Below are positions 45,600-54,737 of a stretch of DNA of 64,000 nucleotides, piece after piece. The position numbers and the translations under genes are program-made. Position 1 is the stretch's first letter; each line of letters opens with the position of its first letter. The notes under the pieces are model-generated. The model was not told where the DNA came from, did not search any database, and saw only the letters and a list, made by a program, of their open reading frames with translations. This stretch comes from Klebsiella phage vB_KpnM_KB57, in the sequence record NC_028659.1; one strand, written 5' to 3'.

Positions 45600-45803
45600 A
45601 TGGGTAGATATGAGAAAGATCTGATTGAGATGGGTAGGCTACAAGAAAGAGGAGAAATCCTTGAGCATATTGTCAAAGCTGTCACCAACAACCAGAGAAA
45701 GAGAGATCAGTTTGAAAGAGGATCATTAAATCGGGCAGCGCTGACAGTGGCTATCGATGAGCTTTTGTATGTTGGCGATTTTATAATGAAGAGGGGCGCA
45801 TGA
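45600..45803 (+). CDS. Hypothetical protein (67 aa)
   Basis: ORF. Confidence 0.45.
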   Translation: MGRYEKDLIEMGRLQERGEILEHIVKAVTNNQRKRDQFERGSLNRAALTVAIDELLYVGDFIMKRGA

Positions 45804-45949
45804 AAAAATTCTGCATCTATGGTCGGGTGAGCGTTGACAACGGCTGGTATTTGTGCAAATCTGGTATCAGTGAAGAAGAACTTGCCAAGTGGCTGGCCTA
45901 TTACCGGGAAACTTGGCGTTATGTTAAGGGGATTTCTTACGATGAATAA
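45800..45949 (+). CDS. Small hypothetical protein (49 aa)
   Basis: ATGA overlaps at both ends. Not in the supplied track. Confidence 0.35.
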   Translation: MKKFCIYGRVSVDNGWYLCKSGISEEELAKWLAYYRETWRYVKGISYDE

Positions 45950-46217
45950 ATTTAGGCTAAAATGTCAAGGTGGGCGTTGGTGGGTGCAGGAAAAATTCTT
46001 TGGGTTCCTGTGGCTAACCATTTGGAATTCCTCTTTGACGAAAGAAAGTGCAATGGCAAAGATTGCAGAGCACGTCCAGGAAAAAGAGGATGAGTGCATT
46101 TACTATCCACACGGGAAGAGATTATCGCCGCAGTCTCTGCTAAAATGTTGCGACCAGGTCCACCACCAGCCCCTCCTTCCAAGCCTTGATGAGGATAAAA
46201 AATATGATTTACGATGA
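45942..46217 (+). CDS. Hypothetical protein (91 aa)
   Basis: Start at the Met with ATGA overlap. Confidence 0.4.
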   Translation: MNKFRLKCQGGRWWVQEKFFGFLWLTIWNSSLTKESAMAKIAEHVQEKEDECIYYPHGKRLSPQSLLKCCDQVHHQPLLPSLDEDKKYDLR

Positions 46218-46449
46218 TTTGGTTTTGATAAAGTCTGCTCTGAAGAAATCTCGAAGCAATGGAATTTACTTCAGGGACCCGAAGTGGTTGCAGGGCATTT
46301 ACATCTACCTTTCTCAAAAAGGTAGTCTGTACATAGTCTACAGCTTGGGAACCATGTTTGGAGGAGAGGGCTATCGATGCACTCAGATTAATGAGCACGT
46401 CCTCCCCAGTCTCGGCCACAAATTTGAGATTTGGGATGGTGCTTTATGA
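46204..46449 (+). CDS. Hypothetical protein (81 aa)
   Basis: RBS GAGGA. Confidence 0.4.
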   Translation: MIYDDLVLIKSALKKSRSNGIYFRDPKWLQGIYIYLSQKGSLYIVYSLGTMFGGEGYRCTQINEHVLPSLGHKFEIWDGAL

Positions 46450-46619
46450 TTGAAATCTGGAAAACCCTAGGATGTGTTTTCATGTCCTTTGTGATGGGAA
46501 CCGGGCTGGCGCAAACTGCCGAGTCCCATGATTTTGTCGGGATGTTGCTGTTTGGAATGGCCTTTGCTTCTGGACTAACCTCTCCCTTCTACGTATTTTT
46601 GGCGATCATTAGGAGTTAA
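46446..46619 (+). CDS. Small membrane protein (57 aa)
   Basis: ATGA overlap. Hydrophobic. Confidence 0.35.
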   Translation: MIEIWKTLGCVFMSFVMGTGLAQTAESHDFVGMLLFGMAFASGLTSPFYVFLAIIRS

Positions 46620-46620
46620 T

Positions 46621-46779
46621 ATGGGAAGCACTTTTACTGTACAATACTGGACAAACGCCTACGAAGGTGAGTATAAATATTATGTATTCTGGCAGGGCGA
46701 AAGCTTTGACGAGGCCATTCGGCAGATGGTAAAATGTAAGGACAAAGGCTACGGTTGCGTAAAGATGGAGTGGCGGTGA
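46621..46779 (+). CDS. Small hypothetical protein (52 aa)
   Basis: Stop overlaps the next start (GTGAATG). Confidence 0.35.
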   Translation: MGSTFTVQYWTNAYEGEYKYYVFWQGESFDEAIRQMVKCKDKGYGCVKMEWR

Positions 46780-47328
46780 ATGAAGATAGAAAGCAAAAAT
46801 ATGGCTATGGGAACGCAGTCTTTACAGCAGATGGCAAGAGATTACCAATGGTGGGACCCGAGTGGGACCCCCAATGGGAGATCGCTCTCAAACGAGGAGG
46901 TTATCTTTCTGAAAGCCATCAAGAAGTACACCAAATGGCCTTTGACGAAAGTAGCCGAAATGATGGGAATCTCATACCACAAGGTTATAAAGGCCGTCAG
47001 ATTAAGAGATCCTGTGCTGGTTCCTTCAAGAATCCCGGAATACTTTTATGAGGCCACGGGGATGGTGAAGGGTAAAAATGGTCCCGAAGGTACTGCTAAG
47101 AACATCAAGGCTGGAAATCAAGCACTCAGTGACGAGGATGTCGCGGTCATAAGGGAACTGCACAAGAGAGGATATGCTGTGGAAGACATCGCCACAGCCT
47201 TTAATAAAAGTATCGGCTACACCGGAACACTTATCAGAGGTGATAGTCGGCACTTCTTGGCCGCAGACCCTGAACGGGTGAAAGAAAGAATGGTCACCTT
47301 TGAAAAACTGCTGGGTGATCGCGTATAG
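46780..47328 (+). CDS. Putative DNA-binding protein with two HTH-like repeats (182 aa)
   Basis: Two similar segments LTKVAEMMGISYHKVIKAV and VEDIATAFNKSIGYTGTLIRG. Confidence 0.35.
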   Translation: MKIESKNMAMGTQSLQQMARDYQWWDPSGTPNGRSLSNEEVIFLKAIKKYTKWPLTKVAEMMGISYHKVIKAVRLRDPVLVPSRIPEYFYEATGMVKGKNGPEGTAKNIKAGNQALSDEDVAVIRELHKRGYAVEDIATAFNKSIGYTGTLIRGDSRHFLAADPERVKERMVTFEKLLGDRV

Positions 47329-47416
47329 GCGCGAAGCGCCGCGCCGTCCAAATCCAGTACCCCCCGCTACGCCGGGGCCTGGATTTTGCCGTCGATCTTT
47401 TTGTGAAGGAGTTCTT

Positions 47417-47731
47417 GTGAAAAATTATTATGTCCTCGATGAGACATGCACGGGCCACCGCCAGCGTATCTTCCAGTTAGTGATGAGAAGTTTCAGCATC
47501 GATGCAAATACCAGAGACACCTGGTGTAGCCTGTTCAAAACTAAAGGTTATAAACGTGCAGTGGAGACCCGTAGAAAAATAAACGAACATCTTCAGGGTG
47601 TGGTAAAAAAGGAATTTCCTGAAGTAAAATCATGGAAGATTGCAAATCTTCTCGGCAGTACAGGTATGCATGATGTAAGGGTGCGGCGGAGACAAAAATA
47701 TCTCCTGGAGGTTGATGATGGAAAATGTTAA
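47417..47731 (+). CDS. Hypothetical protein (104 aa, GTG start)
   Basis: AAGGAG 6 nt before the in-frame GTG. Upstream part of the long ORF overlaps a structured terminator-like region. Confidence 0.4.
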   Translation: MKNYYVLDETCTGHRQRIFQLVMRSFSIDANTRDTWCSLFKTKGYKRAVETRRKINEHLQGVVKKEFPEVKSWKIANLLGSTGMHDVRVRRRQKYLLEVDDGKC

Positions 47732-47957
47732 GAAGGCATTAGAACATCTGGAGGCAAAAAGGGGTGGTATCCGGTGGGCGGAAGGTGTTTCTCGTGGGTA
47801 TCAGGGCGCACTTGAGTATGTAAAAAATATTCGTGCAGCGGCGTCGGCTTGTTGGTACATTCAGGACATGGCTGACTGGACAAAGCGGTTCGCTCTGAAG
47901 GAAAAGACGAAGGCTATTGTTGGTCATGATCGTATTCTTTTTGGAAAAGAGCCTTGA
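47718..47957 (+). CDS. Hypothetical protein (79 aa)
   Basis: RBS GGAGG. Confidence 0.4.
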   Translation: MENVKKALEHLEAKRGGIRWAEGVSRGYQGALEYVKNIRAAASACWYIQDMADWTKRFALKEKTKAIVGHDRILFGKEP

Positions 47958-48009
47958 CACCTCATGGATAGTAATATATCCTCAGGGTATCTAATCAAGA
48001 GGAGGAGCT

Positions 48010-48165
48010 ATGAATTTCTGGATAATGAGAGCGATCGTCCGCGATCACTTCAATGCGGAAAGAAGCGGTGTTTATGAGAACCTCGGATGTCTGCCTTTTA
48101 TCCTGAAAGTCGTAGCCATTGTTCTCATCATCGCGGTACTTAATCACTTTGGTCTTTGGGAGTAA
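48010..48165 (+). CDS. Small membrane protein (51 aa)
   Basis: RBS AAGAGGAGG. Hydrophobic helix. Confidence 0.4.
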   Translation: MNFWIMRAIVRDHFNAERSGVYENLGCLPFILKVVAIVLIIAVLNHFGLWE

Positions 48166-48169
48166 TGAT

Positions 48170-48352
48170 ATGTTTGTCTTAGTATTTACGTTTTTCTTGT
48201 TCATTTTGAACACGGTTTGCTGTGGGTTGCAGGGATTAACACTCCTGCTTCGTAAAAAAGAAGATCCGTTTGTTTTCCCTGGTCTCATGATGATTGCCCA
48301 TGCATTTCTTTCAGCATGGATGTTCAATGTTTGGTGGGAGATGACAGCATGA
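48170..48352 (+). CDS. Small membrane protein (60 aa)
   Basis: RBS GGGAG. Hydrophobic. Confidence 0.4.
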   Translation: MFVLVFTFFLFILNTVCCGLQGLTLLLRKKEDPFVFPGLMMIAHAFLSAWMFNVWWEMTA

Positions 48353-48594
48353 ATATCTTTACGGATGCACGGATGGGAACCCCAATAACACCTGAAGAGC
48401 GTGAATGGATAAAGCAAGAAATTGCTACCACAGAGACGCTGTTAACAGATGAAGTTTGGATCGAAAACTATGTAAAGAGTTGCCATGAAGACGGCATGAC
48501 ATCTTTCGATCGTGAGTTGGTCATCATGTGTATTCAGGCCGACCTTTATGGTATGAAGAGATGCTTGAAGTACAATTACGTTCTTCTTTGGTGA
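48349..48594 (+). CDS. Hypothetical protein (81 aa)
   Basis: ATGA overlap. Confidence 0.4.
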   Translation: MNIFTDARMGTPITPEEREWIKQEIATTETLLTDEVWIENYVKSCHEDGMTSFDRELVIMCIQADLYGMKRCLKYNYVLLW

Positions 48595-48603
48595 GGAAAA
48601 CCA

Positions 48604-48837
48604 ATGAAAGATATTGATAAGGTGGGGACACCGCACAGTGCGGGCATGGTTGGGGATATAACCATCTGTGCTACAGGCGCAAAATACCCTCGTCTTCGCG
48701 GAATAACTCTGACTCAACCATTACACGCAAACGGTGATGATGACGATACCATCATGATCGAACTTGATGATCTTGATGAGTTCATCGCGAAGCTACAGGA
48801 AGTCAGAAAATTTTACACCGAGAACCCGAGGCTATGA
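48604..48837 (+). CDS. Hypothetical protein (77 aa)
   Basis: RBS GAGGAAAA. Confidence 0.45.
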   Translation: MKDIDKVGTPHSAGMVGDITICATGAKYPRLRGITLTQPLHANGDDDDTIMIELDDLDEFIAKLQEVRKFYTENPRL

Positions 48838-48838
48838 A

Positions 48839-49081
48839 ATGAATACCCTCAACACCTACACAAAAGTATTCCACTTCTGGTGGCAAAATCTTAACCGTTC
48901 TGTTTACGGCACAAAAGATGAGGCACTTAAAGGTTGGACAGACTGTATGCTTAAGAAGCACGAAATCAATGACAAGGGGAGTATCCTCCGGGGAACAGAT
49001 GCTTATTGCCTGGGATGGAATGCCGCTGTCGAGTTTATTCTTGGGGAGAATTACGATGACAAATTATCATGTTTTGAATAA
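48839..49081 (+). CDS. Hypothetical protein (80 aa)
   Basis: Start right after the upstream stop. Confidence 0.4.
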   Translation: MNTLNTYTKVFHFWWQNLNRSVYGTKDEALKGWTDCMLKKHEINDKGSILRGTDAYCLGWNAAVEFILGENYDDKLSCFE

Positions 49082-49478
49082 GTGGGTTCTTGCAAATAGA
49101 GATGGGCCTTTGTTGGTTATTTACAAAAAGGGTTCAAAAAGCATTAAAGAATGCCTTGAGCTTACCCCGCTGGAAAGTCTACACTTCCATCACGACGGAG
49201 AGGACCTCAGGAACAGGATCTGCGGCTACCAGGTTGGTGGCATCGTTGTTGAACCGGGTGCAAATTTTGGCAAACACAACCTTCGTTATGCCATCTCCCG
49301 TCTTCGGTCTGAAGATAATGTCTACCTTTTCCTGATGGATGAGGAACATGAGGACATATTGGAAGATATTTTTGAAGAATACTACGAGAGTGCTACAAAC
49401 AAAGAGATGGTTGAGAGCCTCCGTAGCCAGATCGTAATCTATGACCCGGAGTGCTTCTATGGCCTACAGAACATTTGA
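49056..49478 (+). CDS. Hypothetical protein (140 aa)
   Basis: RBS GGGGAG. Confidence 0.4.
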   Translation: MTNYHVLNKWVLANRDGPLLVIYKKGSKSIKECLELTPLESLHFHHDGEDLRNRICGYQVGGIVVEPGANFGKHNLRYAISRLRSEDNVYLFLMDEEHEDILEDIFEEYYESATNKEMVESLRSQIVIYDPECFYGLQNI

Positions 49479-49662
49479 AGAATGGAACGCCCGTGGAAGG
49501 ATCGTCAAAAAGGGCGAGAAAGCTATGGGCCACCTTCTTGACGGGACTGCTCTTTTTGGAAAGGAACAGACCAAAGGGAAAAAGAGTAGAGACTGGGGAG
49601 AGGCTGATCTAGGGGATGCACCAGACTCCTGGTACATGGGTGGGCCTGAGGATTATTATTAA
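49459..49662 (+). CDS. Hypothetical protein (67 aa)
   Basis: ORF. Confidence 0.35.
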   Translation: MAYRTFEEWNARGRIVKKGEKAMGHLLDGTALFGKEQTKGKKSRDWGEADLGDAPDSWYMGGPEDYY

Positions 49663-49946
49663 TGAAACATATCCCTCTGAAGAAGTGCAAACCTATAACC
49701 TACTGCAAATTCTGCAAAGCCATTGGCATCCGCAGGCGATGCACAGTCATGACGAAATACCAACCGCCGTGGGGACTGCGTGACTGGTACAAGCACTACG
49801 CCTGTGATGAACACAAAGGCCTGATTGAAGACCCAGACCCACGGGGCATCATGGAAGCTGCTGCAAAGAACCCTGCTCCACCCCAAGAGGTTGCAAGGGA
49901 AGACCACTACACAGAAGCTGACTATCAAACCTGGATGAGGCTATAA
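49662..49946 (+). CDS. Cys-rich hypothetical protein (94 aa)
   Basis: ATGA overlap. CKFC, RRC and C..HKG motifs. Confidence 0.45.
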   Translation: MKHIPLKKCKPITYCKFCKAIGIRRRCTVMTKYQPPWGLRDWYKHYACDEHKGLIEDPDPRGIMEAAAKNPAPPQEVAREDHYTEADYQTWMRL

Positions 49947-50375
49947 ATGATAAAACATTGCCATAATTGCAGTGCCTGTTGTGAAGTTATCGCTATAGAT
50001 AACATCACGCACGAAGAATTTCACGAAAAGGTCAGGACCGGAAGAGTATCGGCTATCCACGGGGAGATGATGAAACCAATCTCCAGGGACGAGGCCTACA
50101 AACGGAATCCTCTTGTTGTTACAGGTCGTGAAGAGGTTGGTAAAGGAACAAAACACTTCACCAGCTACTTTACCTGCACAAAGCTGAAAGACAACAAGTG
50201 CTCAATATACGAGGATCGCCCGTACATGTGCAGCGGATATCCGTTCTATGACCGAGGGCCTGTGGACACACAATCACATGCTTCTCTGTGCAAGACACAG
50301 CTTCGCAGGAAGGACACCCCGTACTCCTCAACATGTACGTATGTCCCAAACCTGATCGCAGTCAAGAATATCTGA
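49947..50375 (+). CDS. YkgJ-like CxxCxxCC (putative Fe-S / zinc-chelating domain) protein
   Basis: CHNCSACCEV ... CSIYEDRPYMCSGYPF fits the UPF0153 CxxCxxCC...C..RP..C..YP pattern. Confidence 0.4.
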   Translation: MIKHCHNCSACCEVIAIDNITHEEFHEKVRTGRVSAIHGEMMKPISRDEAYKRNPLVVTGREEVGKGTKHFTSYFTCTKLKDNKCSIYEDRPYMCSGYPFYDRGPVDTQSHASLCKTQLRRKDTPYSSTCTYVPNLIAVKNI

Positions 50376-50439
50376 CCCACACAACAAGGGGCCTGAAGAG
50401 GCTCCTTTTCTTTTATCTAAAGTGGCACATCAATTTCTC

Positions 50440-50468
50440 TTGACCTGAAGTGTACAGTCGATTATACT
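50440..50468 (+). promoter_or_regulatory. Strong sigma70-like promoter TTGACC-N17-TATACT
   Basis: Followed by RBS GAGGAG and a 39-aa ORF. Confidence 0.55.
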
Positions 50469-50497
50469 CCTCTCATACAAAACACGAGGAGAATTCT

Positions 50498-50617
50498 ATG
50501 GACGACACGGGTTTCTTATTACTGGGGATGCTGATTACAGCGTTCCTGATCCTTATCCCTTACGGGATGATGTTGTACGTATCTATTGGGCCAGTGGCTA
50601 AGAAGGACGATTGTTGA
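50498..50617 (+). CDS. Small hydrophobic peptide (39 aa, MDDTGFLLLGMLITAFLILIPYGMMLYVSIG...)
   Basis: Good promoter and RBS. Single TM helix. Confidence 0.35.
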   Translation: MDDTGFLLLGMLITAFLILIPYGMMLYVSIGPVAKKDDC

Positions 50618-50645
50618 GACTGCTATGCGGCTGACCACACAAAAG

Positions 50646-50674
50646 GGTTGACGTAAACTGTCAGCCCTGTTATG
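50646..50674 (+). promoter_or_regulatory. Orphan sigma70-like promoter TTGACG-N17-TATGCT with no ORF downstream
   Basis: Consensus-like hexamers. Next >1.7 kb is non-coding. Confidence 0.45.
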
Positions 50675-50902
50675 CTTTATGTAAGCCACATCTCCTGAAG
50701 CTGGAGGATACAATCACCACTCCTGCGTGAAAGGTTGTACATCCTGTTAACACACAATCTGAAGTGACTTACCGATATGTCGATAAAGCACCCTTTCATA
50801 AACACATTGCCGTAACGTGTCGATGCCATAAGCATGTCTGAAGTGGCCTCCGTTTTCTCCACATAACCACCCCCGCCCCCGTGGGGAAATCAAAACATGC
50901 CC

Positions 50903-50932
50903 CTGCCGAAAATATCACTTGCCGAAAATATC
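50903..50932. repeat. Tandem direct repeat CTGCCGAAAATATC x2 (third partial copy CTTGCCGAAAC at 51081-51091)
   Basis: Seen directly in the sequence. Confidence 0.6.
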
Positions 50933-51796
50933 TGTCTGGGTGTTTTGGAGCATTCGTACTGTCTGAGGTGCTAGACGGACAGCTCCGGGCGTCAACTATC
51001 TTTACGGATCTTTACAAAATATCATGGGCAAGGTCGATCCGGTCCCCGGTTCCTCGGGGCCTCTTCAGGAATGAAAGTTACTTGCCGAAACTAATAATAA
51101 TCAAATGTGACAGATAGCAAGCATATGGTTTGCCAGCTTAGAGCACGATTTGCTATTGACTTGTTTATATTTGTGTGAATTACGCCATTTAACATAAAAC
51201 ACGTTATACGCACTAGCTAACAACACATAGCAAGCTAATAATGCCCCAGTGTTACCAGTGTGACGCATAGGCCAGTCGCTTCAGGTCATTACATGGTGTG
51301 ACTGTTACTGTGGTGATAGTTTCATGTGTGATTATTCATGTTTTAGGGTTGTTTTGTGAATGAGACGACGAATGAGAATCATTACTATTTCGATTTCGAA
51401 TTCAATTTCGAAATGAGAATCATTCCGCAAATATAAATATTTTGTAAATTTATAAATAAAAGCTTGACAAGAGAAGAGAATCGTGTTTAGCAATACATAC
51501 TCTTTGAGCATCATTATCATTTGCGACTAATTCCCATCAACCCCGTTACGGACCGGATACCCGGCAATGCTAAAGCATTGAAATAGTTACAATAAGTAAC
51601 TATTTTCTTTATTGCTACGCAAGGGATTGATAGATATTTTCGATAATAAAAACACTTGACAGTTTACACTTCTTCCATGCTCAAAATCAGGCCTTTCCAT
51701 AGGCCATAGGCCCACATTAGCAAGTGATTTATTGCTATTTGTCAATCATTAAATTTCATTTAATCACATAATAATAACGGGTTGTTACCATCACCA

Positions 51797-52000
51797 GCGA
51801 CACAATAACACGGGAGCGATCACGCAGGGCGTGATCGGTGTTATCGTGGCGATGTGATAAAATAAGTTTGCTAATCATTACGGATGTAATGATCTTAATG
51901 ATAACAATTTTCATTCGCTCTTAGGCGTCTACGAGCCACGATAACGCGAACGAAAATGATAAGTATTATCATTTGAGTTACTCCCGTGTTATTGTGTCGC
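51797..52000. repeat. Perfect 20-bp inverted repeat (GCGACACAATAACACGGGAG / CTCCCGTGTTATTGTGTCGC) flanking 164 bp that contains two perfect hairpins (CGATCACGCaggGCGTGATCG, ATCATTACggaGTAATGAT)
   Basis: Seen directly. Flanked by direct repeats CACGAT(A/T)ACGCGAACGA (51937, 52023) and TGATAA(A/G)(A)GT(A)TTATCATTTGAG (51957, 52101). Confidence 0.65.
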
Positions 52001-52373
52001 TCGCTACGCTCGCGCCACTCCCCACGATTACGCGAACGATTTTTATTTGACAAGATTTTATTTTTATGCTCAATAAAACCAGTTCACACAATAGGTTAGA
52101 TGATAAAAGTTATCATTTGAGAGTGATTCTCACAGTATGCATACATAATGCTTAAAAATGCATGTTTTATTCAGTTAATAACATGCGTTATTAATTGTTG
52201 GGGTTGTTAGGTAGGGCCATACCCTTTTAAGCGCAATATGCGCCATTCTGAGAGGCTTTATCTCTTACCCTGGCTAGTGGGTTACCGCCTGGAGATCTCG
52301 ATTATGCAGGTTTTAGTCACCTATCACTTTTTGATTATTGATTGATAAAACCTAAAGTATAAAAACACAAAAG

Positions 52374-52400
52374 CCGGGAGTTACCCGGCATTATTTTTGG
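52374..52400. terminator. Bidirectional terminator hairpin GCCGGGAGTTACCCGGC with flanking T/A runs
   Basis: Sits at the boundary between the non-coding region and the minus-strand small-gene block. Confidence 0.5.
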
Positions 52401-52414
52401 GGAGTGGTGGAACC

Positions 52415-52678
52415 TTACAGCGCGATTGCCAGCAGGCCAGCGACCACGAAAGGGAGATCATAACGATCTAAACGCTTAAAGCGATTAAGTTTAATCAGGG
52501 TGTAAAACGTTAATTGTAAAACATCGATCATGGTGTTAAACCCTTGCGCCGTTGTTTCCGTCGTTACCAGGCCGACAAGGCAGTTAAAACACGTATTAGA
52601 CACTAAAGCAATAAGGCAAGCCAGCAGGGTAGCGCGTAAAATGCTTGTTTTGCTTACAGTGTAAATCATGTTTGTCAT
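52415..52678 (-). CDS. Small membrane protein (87 aa, 2-3 TM)
   Basis: Hydrophobic segments. Last gene of the leftward block. Confidence 0.5.
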   Translation of the reverse strand: MTNMIYTVSKTSILRATLLACLIALVSNTCFNCLVGLVTTETTAQGFNTMIDVLQLTFYTLIKLNRFKRLDRYDLPFVVAGLLAIAL

Positions 52679-52831
52679 TTGGTGTTACTCGTTTAATGAA
52701 GGAGATAGAAGAATAACAGACGAAAAAGGGCGCTGCAATAGCGCCCCGATGTTATTTTGCTAATTAAGCTAATTCAATCTCAAATAAAACGCCCATATAG
52801 CGATCATCACCTGAAAGCGTAGTAACAATTT

Positions 52832-53044
52832 TCATACATTCTTCAAAGGTCCAAGCCATTGTAGACCCCTGGCGAACATAAGACACATAACCGGTTTTTG
52901 AAGTGCTTTTGATATTGTAGCGGATATTTGACATTTATTTACCTTCGGTTTTGCGGGTTGGTTATCTTCCCGCTCTGAAATAAATAATAGTCGAAAACAT
53001 CTGGCGAGGCAAGCGTTTTGCCTTTTCTTTACAACCTCATTCAC
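52832..53044 (-). CDS. Hypothetical protein (70 aa)
   Basis: ORF in the cassette array. Confidence 0.45.
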   Translation of the reverse strand: MNEVVKKRQNACLARCFRLLFISEREDNQPAKPKVNKCQISATISKALQKPVMCLMFARGLQWLGPLKNV

Positions 53045-53249
53045 TGATTAGTTTAAATTCCGCCTCAGGGTGATAAAGATCAGCCATATAGCGAGTTTTG
53101 TAATAGAAAGATACTTCCACAATGTGAGGCGCTTCGATTTCTATTTGTGTGATGAGGACGCTACCCGGCTTAAAGCCTGGTGCAATGTCCGGTAACTCAA
53201 TGACCATTCCGCCTTTTAATTCCTTCGCTTTTACAGTTCTCATGATCAT
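53037..53249 (-). CDS. Hypothetical protein (70 aa)
   Basis: Overlap coupling. Confidence 0.45.
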   Translation of the reverse strand: MIMRTVKAKELKGGMVIELPDIAPGFKPGSVLITQIEIEAPHIVEVSFYYKTRYMADLYHPEAEFKLISE

Positions 53250-53479
53250 TAACCTTTTTTGCGTTTAATTACTTTTATTACTTTAAGGCCCTTTTGTTCT
53301 AAAAACTCCGGGCGGCGCAATTGTGCGGCGCTGCTACGGCTTTTCACCTTGTTAGACAACACGCCATAATAGCTACCGTCCTCATACTGCCCGATGAAAT
53401 AAAAATCATTTACGCCATATTTCTCATCTCCTGCCTTCTGGATGATTTCGGCTAACTTGTCAACACTAATATTAATCAT
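53249..53479 (-). CDS. Hypothetical protein (76 aa)
   Basis: Preceded by hairpin GGGGCGCTAGCGCCCC and GAGGTAAAG RBS. Confidence 0.5.
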   Translation of the reverse strand: MINISVDKLAEIIQKAGDEKYGVNDFYFIGQYEDGSYYGVLSNKVKSRSSAAQLRRPEFLEQKGLKVIKVIKRKKG

Positions 53480-53526
53480 AATTGCTTTACCTCAAAGGAT
53501 AACGGGGCGCTAGCGCCCCGGTTTGA

Positions 53527-53856
53527 TTATTTGTTAAGCTCTTTATATTCAGCGATCCAGCGGGTAAAAATCTTATGTTGCTTTTCTGCCGCCGCTTTTG
53601 TTCTATGTGAGATAGCGGTGATATACCAACAATCCGCAAGGCACCAACCGGAAGAATGAAAAATCCAAGGATAATTTGAATCCGCCGCTTTAAGTTTCAC
53701 GATCTTCTCTTCTGGCTCGCTATGTGTGAAGGCCTCGATCTCGTTTGCTGTATACTGGCGATCCTGTCGCTTGATTCGATTTCCAATATGATCGAAAGTG
53801 TAGTTGTGTGATTCTAGATGATTATCCAGCATTTTAAAGAATTCTGATTTAGTCAT
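53527..53856 (-). CDS. Hypothetical protein (109 aa)
   Basis: RBS AGAGGTAAAAAAC before the ATG. Confidence 0.5.
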   Translation of the reverse strand: MTKSEFFKMLDNHLESHNYTFDHIGNRIKRQDRQYTANEIEAFTHSEPEEKIVKLKAADSNYPWIFHSSGWCLADCWYITAISHRTKAAAEKQHKIFTRWIAEYKELNK

Positions 53857-53931
53857 TGTTTTTTACCTCTTTTGATTGTTGGTGATAACTTATCAAAAGG
53901 CGCTCATCTAAACGCCTTTTAATCTGTTAAC

Positions 53932-54291
53932 TTAGTTGCTTTCTGTAACGTCTACCCAAAGAGCTAAATCAATAACGCCTTTTTCTTTAATCTTTTGCAG
54001 GAGGCGATCAGCGCGATCAGAGCTATTGATATAATAATCAAAATCTTGTCCGGTCTCTTCGTCTGTCAGTGATTCAATTCTACCGATAATCACACGATCA
54101 AGAGCATAAGTTTTGTTAGTGTACCAGTTAGTGAGACGAATTTCACATTTGTAATCGTCGCTCGGGCCGTCCAGGGTAACGACGTCGATTAAATCGCCTT
54201 TGAAAACTGACAGTGACCACATCGGATCATGATCTACTACGCCGCCAAAATCTTTACCTTTAACAGTAGAATTCAGATTGATGATAGTCAT
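53932..54291 (-). CDS. Hypothetical protein (119 aa)
   Basis: RBS GAGGTAAAC. Own promoter upstream. Confidence 0.5.
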   Translation of the reverse strand: MTIINLNSTVKGKDFGGVVDHDPMWSLSVFKGDLIDVVTLDGPSDDYKCEIRLTNWYTNKTYALDRVIIGRIESLTDEETGQDFDYYINSSDRADRLLQKIKEKGVIDLALWVDVTESN

Positions 54292-54340
54292 TTTCGTTTA
54301 CCTCGTTAAGTTGTTTTCGTTTGTTTGCCCTACGAGATAA

Positions 54341-54369
54341 ATAATAATATAAGCGGGGATCGCTGTCAA
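54341..54369 (-). promoter_or_regulatory. sigma70-like promoter TTGACA-N17-TATTAT for the 53932-54291 gene
   Basis: Reverse complement reads TTGACAgcgatccccgcttatatTATTAT. Confidence 0.55.
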
Positions 54370-54737
54370 TAGCTCTTTACGTATCTTTACATTATTCACT
54401 TTTTGCATCTTTATGCATCGCTATGCAATTGATTTCATGGTGAAATTACTTTTTAGCTGTTTTCCCGTGTCAAGTTGTTTTTATATGGCCTTTAAACGTC
54501 CTGTAACGAGTTTTAAGCGGTTTTTCGTCCAGGCTGTACCCTAGTCCATTTTATCGGAGATCTCGCCATATTCACTATTTTGCATAAGATTTTAGGCGTT
54601 GTTGAGAGTAATTCTCATTACCGGAATAGCGGGCACCTCCGGTGACTTTCCTCCGGTGTCCATCGTTGCCGCTTCAAACAAAGAATAGCAAAAACCAGGA
54701 CCGAAAGCAAGCCCTGGAATTGTAAAGATTTTACCTA

